A stretch of 62,875 bases of DNA, filler included, from Welwitschia mirabilis (Eukaryota), in assembly GCA_051453625.1 (NCBI GenBank). It is 5 parts of one record of this genome, joined end to end, with 100 filler letters (N's around TTAATTAATTAA, not from the genome) between each part and the next. Parts side by side here need not be neighbours in the genome. Positions count along the whole stretch, not along the records: positions 1 to 21,343 come from JBOZIK010000001.1; positions 21,444 to 35,389 come from JBOZIK010000001.1; 3 more parts are not named here. One strand, given 5' to 3'. The notes under the pieces were generated by a model. It was not told the origin of the DNA. It saw only the letters and a program-made list of their open reading frames with translations, and searched no databases. The translations under genes were made by a program, and so were the position numbers. This document shows, piece after piece, positions 13,202 to 25,600 of the stretch (the first letter of the stretch is position 1; each line of letters starts with the position of its first letter).

Positions 13202-13769
13202 ACCCAAACCTACTGAGACCAATTATTCTTTATTCTCAATCCTCAGTAAAGTTTCCCACATATGGTAGAAGAAGAGGTAGTGCAAAATGTGGTGTTGGCG
13301 ATGGTATGCCCACTCTTGAGAACATTTGCATAGATCCTTGGAAAACTCTCAATAGGACCTAAAACTATGCTCCACAAGTGTGTTAAATATATCAATTTGG
13401 CTTTGCAACAAGGTAGTAAGATATAGTAAACTATTAATCATATATCTATATATGTTTTAGTCTACTTTCTTATTAAGAAATGCTTGTTTAATTTTGTAGT
13501 TAAGCTCATTGGTGTTCCTTTTGGCTTGATGTCTTAAAACTTATATTTTTCTAGTAAGTTCTTAGTATATTTAGATTGTAAAAAAAATATACCTTATTTA
13601 TTTCATCCAACTCGCAATCTCACAAAGTTGTTCATCTTACTGATCATGCATATTTCAAATTTACCTACCATAAGCCAAGTAAATTCTTGCATAGGGAATC
13701 ATTAGTAGTATCAAAAATAATATCATACACATAATTTTAAATAGTACTAAAACCATGCTTAATAACCTT

Positions 13770-15030
13770 AATAAATAATGTTATATTAGATGTACCCATT
13801 TTGAAGCCACTATTAATAAAATGTTTAGAGAGACATTATGCTCAGTGTATATAGTTTAAACTATATAAAGCCTTCTTTAACCTATAAAGATAATAACTTT
13901 TATGTAAATAAATAAAACTTTCAAACTATTTAACATATGTCTCTTCTTAGATAACTCCATTTAAGAATGCAATTTTGCTATTCATTTGATATAAGGTAAA
14001 TCTTTTGAAGAATGCAAATGACATCAACATTCTAATTGATTTCATTCTAGCAATAGGTGCCATGTTTCCTCAAAGTTGAATCCTTCTTGATGGCTGTAAC
14101 CTTTGATAACATGATAAGAATTATTTATTACCAAACTTTCATTCTCATTTGTCTTGTTTCTAAAGATTAATTTTATTCCTATGATTTAATTGTTTGAAGG
14201 CTTATACACTAGTTTTCAAAAATTACATCTTTGAGATTGGGTTAATTCCTCATGCATTTGTGAACTTCTAATTTTCATAATCTTTAGCATCTCTAAAACT
14301 TTTGAAATTTATTTGAGAGATGTACATAACATACCCATTAAAATCACATAATGATTTCCTTCTTTTGACACTAGTGTTAGGTATTTTAATAATGTTGTTA
14401 GAAGAGTGCACATTTTTTATCCTACTCATTTTGGAAGGCTTTGTTATGTTTGACTTTTTGTTAACATCTATATCACTATTAGAGTCTAATGGTTACACTT
14501 TAGAGTGATGTAGATTTTTTCCATCCTATGTATAAGAAGACATTTACATGCGAGCATCATTAATATTGACATTTATTATTTCTTCTATGGTTAGAGTTCA
14601 TTTCTTATAAACTTTATATGCTTTGCTAATCATATGATACTCAAGAATGATATCTTCATCAGTATTGACATCAAATTTTCTAAATGAATCTTTATCATTT
14701 AAAATATAGTGTGTTGAACCAAAATTTTAACTTATAGATGGGTTTACCATACCATAGTTCATAATCAGATTTGGTAGTGAATTATATTACTAGAAGATTA
14801 TTGGAAACATAGTAAGATTTGCTTATAGCTTTTACCCAATAATGATAAGCTATACTTTAAACATGTAACATAGTTTTTATCATCTCATTAAATTGTTTGC
14901 ATTTGTGCTTTATAATTTGATTTTGTTTAGAGTCCTTAGAGTAGAGAATTAATGATATATTCCATGTTATTTACAAAACCTCTTAAGGCATGCATTTTTC
15001 AATTCTTCACTATTGTAATTGATAAGTAAA
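13770..15030 (-). mobile_element. Copia (SIRE-like) integrase C-terminus to RT fragment, highly decayed
   Basis: Manual minus-strand translation gives FGSTHYILNDKDSFRKFDV...SKAYKVY (~14600-14725), GYSHQEGFNFEET (~14060-14100) and LYQMNSKIAFLNG (~13955-13995). Confidence 0.8.
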
Positions 15031-15036
15031 GATTTA

Positions 15037-15420
15037 CGTGAAAAGTAATATCTTTTGTAGGTTAGAAACATAGGAGTTAATATTTAGTTTATGAAAGAAG
15101 GGAGTAGAGTAAAGTATGACAGCCAAGCTAGGGCTTTGCTTTAGGGTGCACAATGGTAGTTAGAGGGACATGTCTTACCTGAATCTAGTACATCTTTCAT
15201 GCATCAGTGTGTTCTTTTCTTTCACAGCTACTCCACACAAGTGTTTTTTAGAGTGCGTGGCAGTAGATAGAGGGATGTTTCATCTTTGGCATGTCTTCCA
15301 TGCACTAGAGCATTACCTCTTTCATGGCATCTCCATGCATGTTTGTTGTGGTGTGTATTTTTGTATACACACTCTAGTATAAATGGGAGTAATCCAAATG
15401 TCATATCTCATTGAAGACTT
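15037..15420 (+). repeat. LTR-like fragment whose first ~60 bp match 40472-40532
   Basis: GTGAAAAGTAATATCTTTTGTAGGTTAGAAACATAGGAGTTAATATTTA is nearly identical to the sequence at 40473; TATAAAT at ~15378. Confidence 0.5.
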
Positions 15421-16377
15421 ATGAGAGAAAAATAAGGATTGGTTTTTAATGAGAATATGATAACTGAAATTTTAAAGAACAATGTAGAAAATAAATATGT
15501 AATGCAAATGCGAATGCAACTAAATCTAAATGAAATGCAAAATGATCCTAAAACTACTCTCTTTTAATCTTAACAAAGGCTGTCCTTAAGACCTATATCA
15601 CCAATGAAACTATCACCAAATCAAGGGTAACATAAACCATAAGGAACATCTAATAGAACTAAATGCGTAAATAAAAATAGAGTTTTATATTAAAAGGAAC
15701 TAACATCTAGGTTATAAAACAAACAAGCCTTAATGGAGGATGTATAGCCCTTTACCAAGGGATCATCTTTCTACAACTCTCAAGATGGGTCTTTTACCCT
15801 TTAATCTCCTATCATGAGAATTTCTAGTGCATCAAAGATGGAGAGGAGAGTTGGGGGGGGGGGGGGTGGTGGGAAGGTCTTACTTATAGGGTTGAGAAAC
15901 AAAACTGACACATAAAAGACACTACAAACACACTCAATTACAAGAAAGAAATAGATGAAACTAATAGAAGTCAGCTGGTGGTTACAACTGTCATCCTAGC
16001 TATCGTTTAAATGACATAAGTGGACGATCATCCTTTAGAAAGGATGACTCCTTAGTTCTGGCTCTAGTCCATGTCAGCATTCTCTTGTGGCATCTACAGT
16101 GCTGCCATCCTAGCTGTCGTGGATATGACAGAGGAGACAATAGTCCTTTTTGTCTTTTTCACTGAAGAGAAGTCTTCCTTTTGCATCATTAATTTTCCTT
16201 TAAAGCCATATGCATTAGAATGTGTCTTAAATGGCTCTAATCATGCTAAGAATTGCATATTTCTAAGATCTTCTATTAATTCTCTATAATCCTAAGAATT
16301 GCATCTAAACTTATGTAAATATTTTGCAAAATAGCTCATAAAACCCCATCAAATACACATAATTTAGTAGTGCATCA
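15420..16377 (-). repeat. 3' LTR of Athila element 2 (left boundary approximate, probably truncated)
   Basis: TGATGCA start directly after the PPT; minus-strand CCTATAAG TATA-like motif at ~15883-15890; similarity to the LTR at 12012-13156. Confidence 0.65.
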
Positions 16378-18699
16378 TAGCCCTTTACTTAATCTTTCTA
16401 AGTCCCAGACAAAAACCAGGTGAACAAAGATAAAATGTGAGCCAAATCATCTTTAAAAAAATTAATCTGGGCATTATAAAATAGGCTTATAAATAATCTC
16501 AAACACATCATATAGAAAAATAAAACATAACACATCATATGTATAGAGTGAAAATTTAAAAACTATATTGTATGAAAGCCTTAAAATAACTTGAAAAGTT
16601 TATAAAAATAAGTCATGACAATGGGTTCTTAGCCCTCCACTTAGAAAAACAATGCATTCTGTATTAGCTAATATACCAAAGAAAGCAGATGGGGGTGAGA
16701 AGGCAGATGATGGGTGTTTTTGAATTTGGACAACTTTTGAAATTAGGTGTAAAGATGAGTATAGAAATATCAAATTTGAACAATAGAGACATATGAAATA
16801 TTCTAACAAGCATGGAAAGAGTGGACAATGAAAATGTACTAAGTAGAATGAAGCAAATCCATAAATGCCCAACAAATGTTCCATCATAAAAATGATTAAA
16901 AACAACATTGACAAATTCAAAAGACTAAAAATAGACATCACAGAACTATTAAGAAAATTCATTTAAGTAAGAAATCAACTCTTTATTGAAAAAAACTGAA
17001 CAAGGAAAGTATTAAATGTTAAGGTCCTAAAATGATAAAAAATATGAAAATGACTTTAAAACAACTAACCGAACAACAAAAGAAAACAAAAAAATGGACA
17101 TAATGCAACATAAATAAGATGTCCTATTTATCCAAAATTTTAACCTAGTAGACTCCCATGAAAGAAATCATAACATCACTTGATTTTAAAATGTATAACT
17201 TGATGTATTAAAAAATTCCATTCGATGAGGCAGTGGTTATGACAATGCTAAAAATTAAATGCTTTAAACAATGAATGATAAGACCAAAGAGTTGCTTAAA
17301 AATGAACTCACTAGCTTACATCTTAAAAAAAAACATCTAAATCTTAAGAAATGCAATAATCATGTGAAAAGACAAAAAGTCTAGGAAACAAGCAATGCTT
17401 CTGATGATATCAGAACATCACTGATCCCATAGCCTTCACATTTTTATTATTTTATTATTTAACTATCCATGATGAGGGGAGTGTAATCATAGTCGGAGAA
17501 GTAAGGATCCATAAAGCATGGACAACTGACCTCCTAGTGGATTTCTCACAACTATCATATTATATTACTAAAGGCCCCTTTTGAGAAAATTTACCTCAGT
17601 GTACTTGTAGTAGAATATCATGCTGACCAAGATTTAAGCTATCTCAAATTTAAAGTATCATGGTATTATTTTATACTTTTTTCTTTTTTTCATAATTAAA
17701 AATTCCACATAATTAAACACTCCAAAAAAACAAAGGTAAAGTCATAAGAAAAATACAAAGACAAACACCTTAAATAATCTAAGATCTTTTCATTATTGAA
17801 AAAACATAAAAAATAAAGCATCTTCTTCAAACTAAAGTTCATAGACGTGTGAATGTCTTAAGATTGAGTGAATCCAATATTACCACTATAAAATGCCCAA
17901 GTCAAAAGACTAGTCATGAAAATAAATTCATAAGTCATGTTTGAAATATGATCAAGAAACATCATAATGACCTCCAAAGAAAAAAGCTAAGAGAAAATTC
18001 AGAAAGTTGCTCATATATTTTCAAACTTTGCCCATTAACATTTTGAATTTCTTTAGTGATTAAGTCAAAAATCTTAATAGAGCCATTAGAATATACTTTC
18101 TCAAAAAGATGAGAATATAATCATAGATTTATTTATTACTTAAAAACTAAAGTTAAAATCATAAACACATAAGAGTAAAAAGGAAACACTAAAGCAAACT
18201 AAAAAACAAAAATTCTTTAAATCCTAAAATCTATTCCATACTTTTATTAAAAAGGAAGAAAAAAGGAAGGATTTGTCTTTATGGTCTTACAACATTACAT
18301 TCTTTCAGAGAAATAAGGCCCAAAGTAAATATTCATCAATTGATAAAACATAAAAGATATATAATTAGTTTTGAGTAAAATCAATTAGAGGAAGAGAGGG
18401 ATAGCAAGTAAATCTCTATGAGACCATGTGAAAGCATGAATTTTGGAAGTTAAAAGGGAGATTAATGTTGACTCTTGTTTAAGTAAAAGATTTTATTATT
18501 TATAAGAGGTTTTTTTTGATCATTATAAAGAAAAATATACTTCAATCCACTAGGAAGGTTTTTTAGATTCCAATTAAGATTTTCAGTTTCTGGCTCATGT
18601 AGTAGATGATCTTCCCCAAATGTAAGTTTTTATTTAATAATTGAACTTCCTTCCAATCTAAAGGTTTTATTTCTATTTCATTCTTATTTAAAAAATCAT

Positions 18700-21127
18700 G
18701 CTCAAAGTTGGATTTATTGAAGGATTCTAAGTTCTTAATCTCAAGTGGATCATCATAAAGCATAAGCTCATGTAATGTTAGCCCTCTTTCTTTAATGGAA
18801 TGATGTTATATAAATAATGTTGATTTGATTTTACTTTCTATGTTCATTTCATCATCTAGGTCTTTCTCAGCTACATTAAAAACTCTAATTGTAAAATTTT
18901 TATTTCCTAGGTGACACTTCATCATTCTAGTCNNNNNNNNNNNNNNNNNNNNNNNNNNNNNNNNNNNNNNNNNNNNNNNNNGTAAGGGTTATTCTCCATT
19001 ATATTTGACCTCTATGGAAACCACATCTATTGGGTAGTAGGCCTCCTCAATTTGGATCAATAAATCCTTAATAATTATTAAGGGTTTCTTAACTAAAGTA
19101 TCCACTAATTCTAAGAGAATCTAAGTAGGCTCTATTCTACATTATAAATCAAGTATTTTGTAAATGTATAATGGCATAATGTTAATACTAATTCCAATGT
19201 CAATTAAAGCTCTTTTGGTATTTTTGTTGTCTTCTAATGTAACATTCACCCTTGCTACCCCTAGATTCTTAAATTTTATAGATTTTTGTGACTTTGTGAA
19301 GGATTGAGCTAAAAAGACTCTACAAGGAATAAATCATTTTTATTTTCTTCTTATAAGTCTTTCCATAGCTTTGAGTACCCTAGATTTTGTTGTAAAAGTT
19401 TTCAAAAGGATAAGTTTATGCTTATATTTTTTTATCAAGGCTTTAAAATATTCATTTAAAGTTAAATTAGCATTAATCCTATCAAGCTAAGGAGTAGGTA
19501 ATTGCTTTTGTAAAGAACTTTTTTTAATTTTCATCAAGAGAAGGGAAGTTATAATCTTCTAATATTTTAATTTCTTCTTCTTCCTCATCATCTCGAGTGT
19601 CATTTTGGGAGGTTTATGCTTCACAAGGAGGAGGATTTACTTCATGTCTAGTTCATGTTATAACCTTATAATTTCTTCTTAATTCATTGGGAATTAGGAG
19701 AGGTTGTATTGGTAATGATTCTTATGGTCTTTGATTTGCTAACATAGTTTGTTGAAATACGTTTACTAAGTTTTCAATGTTAGCATTTTGTTTCTCTTGT
19801 AATATCATAAAGTTAACAATAGAGTTTTGAAGATAATCATCTTGATGTTGGAAATTTGATGGACTTGATTGAAAGTTTAAATTTTCAAATCAATTTTAAA
19901 AGGTTGAAAATTATTTTAAAAATGTGTATTCAACCTAGGTTATATCTAATTTTGATTTTGAAGTTTGGAAATGTCTAATTAAAAGTGTAAACTTCTTCAT
20001 GTATTTTATTTTAGATGTTATTAATAGTGGATAATCCTTGGTAATGTGATAATTGTCCTCGCATAATGACATGTTTGCATAACATTATTCTCAGTTGTTG
20101 ATTTGACATCTAAGATTATTTTAGTATAATTTTCTAGAGTTGTCGTAAAATTTCTAATTAGTTTTATAGGGTTGTCTTCCACCTCCATTTCTTTTTTAAT
20201 CTTTTTTACATCTTTGAGAATTTCTCCTATAGTGTGATTATCTTTTGATGTTAGCTAAGTTTTGCTTACCTCCACAAGTTCTTCTAATATTTTTTTAGGC
20301 ATTGTCTAATGTGAGGTTTATAAGGTTTCCACCACAAAAAAAGTTTACAAGTTGTTTTGTTTCACAGTTTAGCCCACTATAAAAGTAGTTAACTAGTTCT
20401 TCCTTGTAAAAGCACCTACTAGATTAGAGTGGATTGCTGTAAAGAAGCGTTTATATGTGGAAGCACAATCTTCATTTGATTGTTGTTGAAAGTTTGTCAC
20501 TTCCTTTTTCCTTTTTTTAATGGTTGTTTTACTCATGAATCTTTTAATTAATAATTCCTAGACTTGATTTTAACACTTCAGAATTTTGCAGGGTATAGTT
20601 TTTAGCCAAAGTTTTCTTCTTTTTTCAATATCATGGAAAATGTTACCATGTATGTTTTATTACTAATCCTTTTCTTTTCATTTCTGGAGGTAAGAATTAA
20701 TTGTTCTATGTCTGCAATGGATTGGAGGGAATCCTCATCATATTCACTACTAAAGATTGGATAGGCATTTAGGTTTTTTAACTCAACATCATATCCTAAT
20801 GGTAAATTGAAAGGAATTTAAATTTCTCATTTCCTATTTGCTAGTAATTTCCTAAGGATAAGGTTTACATTAGGACTAGGGGTTAAAGACCCTACAAATT
20901 GTTTTTACTTTTGTGCAGTGCTTGATATTATAAAATTACCTTCTTCTAGATTATCTTCTAAATAAATTTCTTGAATAAGATCAGATTCAAAAAAATAAAT
21001 TTAGAAGTATACTGTATGCACATGGAGATTGTTTTTCTAATTCGATTTCGAAGTCTACCAGTTCTTCTCTAATGTTATCTTCTATTAACAGCCTTTCTCT
21101 CTAATATTTCTTTCTTGAACTGACCAT
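18700..21127 (-). pseudogene. Athila gag-protease remnant
   Basis: DVELKNLNAYP gag motif shared with ~11180-11215 and ~54178-54210; RALIDIGISINIMP protease motif at ~19170-19215. Confidence 0.78.
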
Positions 21128-21387
21128 GTCACAATATCCTACAAATAAAAAATAATAGAAAATGAAATAAAAAGTAACAAATAATCATCCTACCTATCGT
21201 GGGGATGACAGAGGGGACAACAAACATAGAAAACGGAAAAAAGAAATTCAATAGAGTAGAAAGCCAAAAGTAAAAAAATACACATACTATTATCCTTCTA
21301 GTCATGTGGATGATACAATAGATGAAGGAATTATTATTATGCTNNNNNNNNNNNNNNNNNNNNNNNNNNNNNNNNNNNNNNNNNNNN

Positions 21388-21399
21388 TTAATTAATTAA
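21388..21399. other. Artificial six-frame-stop contig spacer N44-TTAATTAATTAA-N44 (also at 35434, 42545, 54933)
   Basis: An identical 12-mer is centred in four 100-bp gaps. Confidence 0.95.
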
Positions 21400-21443
21400 N
21401 NNNNNNNNNNNNNNNNNNNNNNNNNNNNNNNNNNNNNNNNNNN

Positions 21444-22544
21444 AATAAACATTTCTCACTAGCCTTGCTTGAACTAGACAAGTTACAAATCTTTAAATGA
21501 ATTGACTAAATTTCTAAGGGATTGTTCAGATCTATAATAAAAAGTATCAAAACAAGTTTGTTAAGGGGTTGACCAGATTCCTAATGGTCAATCGAACCTT
21601 TTAAAAAACTTATCAAACCTTTTTGTCAAGGAGTTAATTAGATATTTGAGGGATTGAATAGACCTAGACTAAAAATGTTTTTAACTATTTTTCATATGGG
21701 GTCGACTGGATCAAAATGTAATTAACTAGACCTAGACACATGCAATCGACTAAATCCCTGATGGGGTCGACTAGACTTAGAGACATAAAAAAATTAGATC
21801 AACTAGAAGAAGATGGGGACTGATTTCAATGATAGAAATAAATGGGGTTAACCAGATATTTCAAGGGGTTAACTGATCATGATAGAAATTGAATTTTTCT
21901 AGCCATTACCTTCTTGCTTTTATCTATTGGATTATTAGATCCAGTTCTAAAACTGTAAAATCTATCTCCTATATAAACCCCAGTCATTAAAATAATTAGC
22001 ATTCTTTTTACTTGATTAAGAATTGAAAAAATATCTTTTTATTATTAATACTTTGATCAATTAGTTTTATACTATACTTACTTAGATTTCTGATATCATT
22101 CTTAGGTATTATAGTACTATTATTGCTATATTTTAGATTTGGCGAAGCCTATGCATTATGACATATTATTGATATCAAAAAGCATTTTCTCTATATGTTG
22201 AGATTGAGCCTTTCAAAGTCCAATTGTAAAAGGTTGTACATGAATCTGAGAAGCTTAGAAAGTAAGAAACAAGGATCCAGACTAGTTTTGGATAAAAGTT
22301 GACTACCGAGAGTAGAGTAGGGGATTTCCTGAAGCACTATAAATTATGTGTCTATCAATCTCTATTAAGATTTTCTAGTTTCAATAATTTTTATTTTTGA
22401 TCATTTTGTTATTTGATATGCATAAATATTTTTTATATTCAATATTTTATAAAGATAGTTTTTCAATTTATTTTTAAATCTTGTTCATTCATCCACCCCC
22501 CCCCCCCCCCCCCGGCCTCCTCTTCTAGGGTTCTAGATCTAACA
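21444..22544 (+). repeat. 5' LTR of SIRE element 2 (partial)
   Basis: Aligns by eye with ~29900-31420; TATA box CCTATATAAACC at ~21968; ends AACA before the PBS. Confidence 0.88.
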
Positions 22545-22558
22545 TTTGATATCAGAGC
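22545..22558 (+). promoter_or_regulatory. PBS complementary to tRNA-iMet
   Basis: TGATATCAGAGC versus canonical TGGTATCAGAGC (one G>A change). Confidence 0.88.
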
Positions 22559-22610
22559 TTGGTTGAGTTATTGGTAGATCTTAATAGGTCTTGACTCCTG
22601 AGCCCTAACT

Positions 22611-25600
22611 ATGAGTAATCCTTCTGATGGTACCTCCACTGGAAGACCACCCATGTTCGATGGGATTAACTATGCTTACTAGAAGGCCTGAATGAGAATC
22701 TTTTAGATCCTTAGATGTAGATATAGAGAAGATTATCTACAATGGATATGTCATGTCCACACTATTCAAAACTAATAGTAATAGAACTATCATAGTGGTT
22801 GATAAATCTTAAGACCAATGGACTCCTGCCGATAAAGCCAAGGCTATCTTAGATGCTTGTGTTGCTGATGCTATTTTTTGCATAGTTTGTGCAAAGTAAT
22901 TTAAGAGGATTTTGAATTGCAAACATGTCAAGGAGGCTTGGGATGTATTTAAAATTTCACACGAATAAACATCCACTGTAAAATAGACAAAGCTATAGAT
23001 GCTTATTCGAAGTTTGAAGATATCCACATGGAAGAAGAAGAGACTCTATAATAATTCTTTGCTAGACTAACAAATATAGTAAACTCTATAATAAGTCTAA
23101 GTAAAAAAATGGATGAAGGAAAAGTTGTACAAAAAATTCTAAGATTTCTTCTAAAACACTTTAAACCAAACATCACAGCCATTGAGTAAAGTAAGAACAT
23201 CAATCAGATAGCACTAGAAGAACTATAAGGTAATCTTCAAACTTATGAGTTAAAGTTTTTTAAAGATTAAAAAAAAGTATTATGTTGAAAAGTATGCAAA
23301 AAGAGTCCAAATTTGAAAGATTAGATGAAGACCTTGATGAAGATGAGGTTGCTCTTTTGGCAAGAAGATTCAAAAAATTCTTTCATAGAAGAAAGAGACA
23401 TGGTAAACTAAGAAAGGGATTAAAGAGGTATCACTTTAGACTAAGAAGAGACCTAGGAAAAAAAAAACACAAGCTAGTGTTATGCATGTAAAGGATATGA
23501 ACATGTTGTAAATGAATGTCTAAATAACCAAAAAAATTAGAGGAAGTTTAAGACATCATCGTTTATTACCACCAGGGATAATGTAAATGAAGAAGAAGAT
23601 AGTAGCTCAAGTCAAGAGTCAGATGGAGTTAAAAAACTTTCCTTTATAGCAATAGTCCCTCTCATGAAGAACATGCCTTACTGAATGAAACCAAATGATC
23701 TAGACCTTATTGAAGAAAATCAAAAGGAGATGGAAGATACTTGCTAAGAACTATATTTAGAGTGTGAAAAATGAGCAAAATAGATCAATGAGTTAAATAA
23801 GATAATGAAGGCTCTAAACAAAGAAAAGAAAGAGTTAGAGATAAAGTATAAAATGGTTTAAATAGAAAACTCTGAGCTAACGTAAGAGGTAAAAAGCTTA
23901 TCTCACTTTGTAAATAAATTTTCAAATAATTTAAGTAAATTAAAACAAATGCTTGAGATACGAAGATCAATTCATGACAAAAAGATATTGGCTTTATCTC
24001 TCAAATACTATGCAATTAGTTAAATAAGGTAACATAGTAAAATAATTTTATGTCAAAAATTACTTATTATTTTTGTGAAAAGACAATCATTTAAAATTAT
24101 TTTATCATGCTAGAAAGATAATACTCTTTTCAAGCTCTGTTAATACTTTTTCATTTAAATTTATCCTAAGGGGATGTGTACCACAATAATCTAAATGGAT
24201 TAAGTGGATAAGGACTGATAATTTAAAAAGTTTATTGATCTAAACAACTTGTAAAGCATTAAATGGAACTCGATGGTGCATGAATAGTGATTGTTCTTGG
24301 TACATGATAAGTGATAAATCAAGATTCCAAAAGTTGGATGACTTTGGTGACAATGCAAAAGAAAAAATTGAAGGCATTGCAAGCATCAATGAAGGTAACA
24401 CATCCAAAATTAATGAAGTTTTATATGTGAATGGTCTTAAACATAATTTACTAAGTATTAGTCAGATTTGTGATAAAAGTCATAAAGTTATCTTTNNNNN
24501 NNNNNNNNNNNNNNNNNNNNNNNNNNNNNNNNNNNNNNNNNNNNNNNNNNNNNNNNNNNNNNNNNNNNNNNNNNNNNNNNNNNNNNNNNNNNNNNATTTA
24601 AAATTATTTTGCAATGTTAGAAAGTTAATGCTTATTTTAAATTTTGTTAGTACTTTTCCATTTAAATTTGTTCCAAAGGGATGTGTGCCACAACTATCCA
24701 AACGAACTAAGTGGATAAGGGCCGATAAATTAAAAAGTTAATTGATCCAAACAGCTTTTAAAGTATCAAATGGAACTTTTTGGTACTTGGATAGTAGTTA
24801 TTCTCGATACATGATAGGTAAAAAATTAAGATTCTAACGTTTGGATGACTTTGATGAAGGAGAAGTATTGTTTGGTGATAATGAAAAAGCAAAGATTAAA
24901 AGTAATTAAAGCATCAATGGAGGTAACCTAAAATTATGAGGGTTTATATGTGAATGGTCTTAAACATATTTTTTTTAGTATTAGTTAGATTTTTAATAAA
25001 GGTCATAAAGTTATTTTTGACAGTCACAAGTGTGAAGTTATACATGGTAAAACAAATGATGTTCTTCTTAAAGCAAATAGAATAGAAAATGTTTATAGCA
25101 TTAATCATTCTCCATTTGCTTGTTATTTTTGTCATATAAATCAAGAAGAATTGTGGCACCAATGATTAGGACATATAAACTATGATCATCTCAAAACCAT
25201 CATTAAAAAGAAGATCGTGAAAGGAATTCCTAAGACTAACATTGAAAAACATAGGTTGTGTGATGCTTCTAAAAAAGGAAAACAACACAGAACTTCTCAT
25301 AAAAGTAACAACTCAGTCTCCTTAATAATGCCACTTAAACTCATTCACATGGACTTAGTGAATCCTACCCAAACTAAAAGTCTAGAAGGAAAATGATATT
25401 TATTAACTATGGTAGGTAAATTCTTCAGATTTACTTGAATTTCCTTCTTAGAAAATAAATATAAAACATTTAAAAGTTGTGTTGAAATCTATAAGAAAAT
25501 CCAAAATGAGAAAGGCTACACTATTAAAAGAATTAGAAGTAATCATAGAGGAGAATATAAAAATCATCTGTTTGAGAAGTATTATGTAAATAATGACATA

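Larger units (their letters stand above)
15420..21343 (-). mobile_element. Athila-lineage element 2, internally deleted/non-autonomous (gag, PR and INT tail present; no RT, RH or INT core)
   Basis: gag ATG at 21127 is homologous to 53854; protease remnant ~18860-19260; integrase tail (KVYSNGSIKIFD...VNGQSLKIY) ~18010-18115; PPT-like TTAAGTAAAGGGCTA before the 3' LTR that starts TGATGCA at 16377. The 5' end is lost in a gap. Confidence 0.8.

Noticed and set aside
16600-16962. 120-aa ORF as a possible Athila env-like gene
   Set aside because: Low-complexity F/L/S sequence from the T-rich 3' UTR, with no recognisable motif.
21388-21399. Palindromic TTAATTAATTAA repeated four times across the window, like a regularly spaced motif or CRISPR repeat
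   Set aside because: Always centred in N44/N44; it is an artificial contig linker. Adjacency across these gaps is unreliable.
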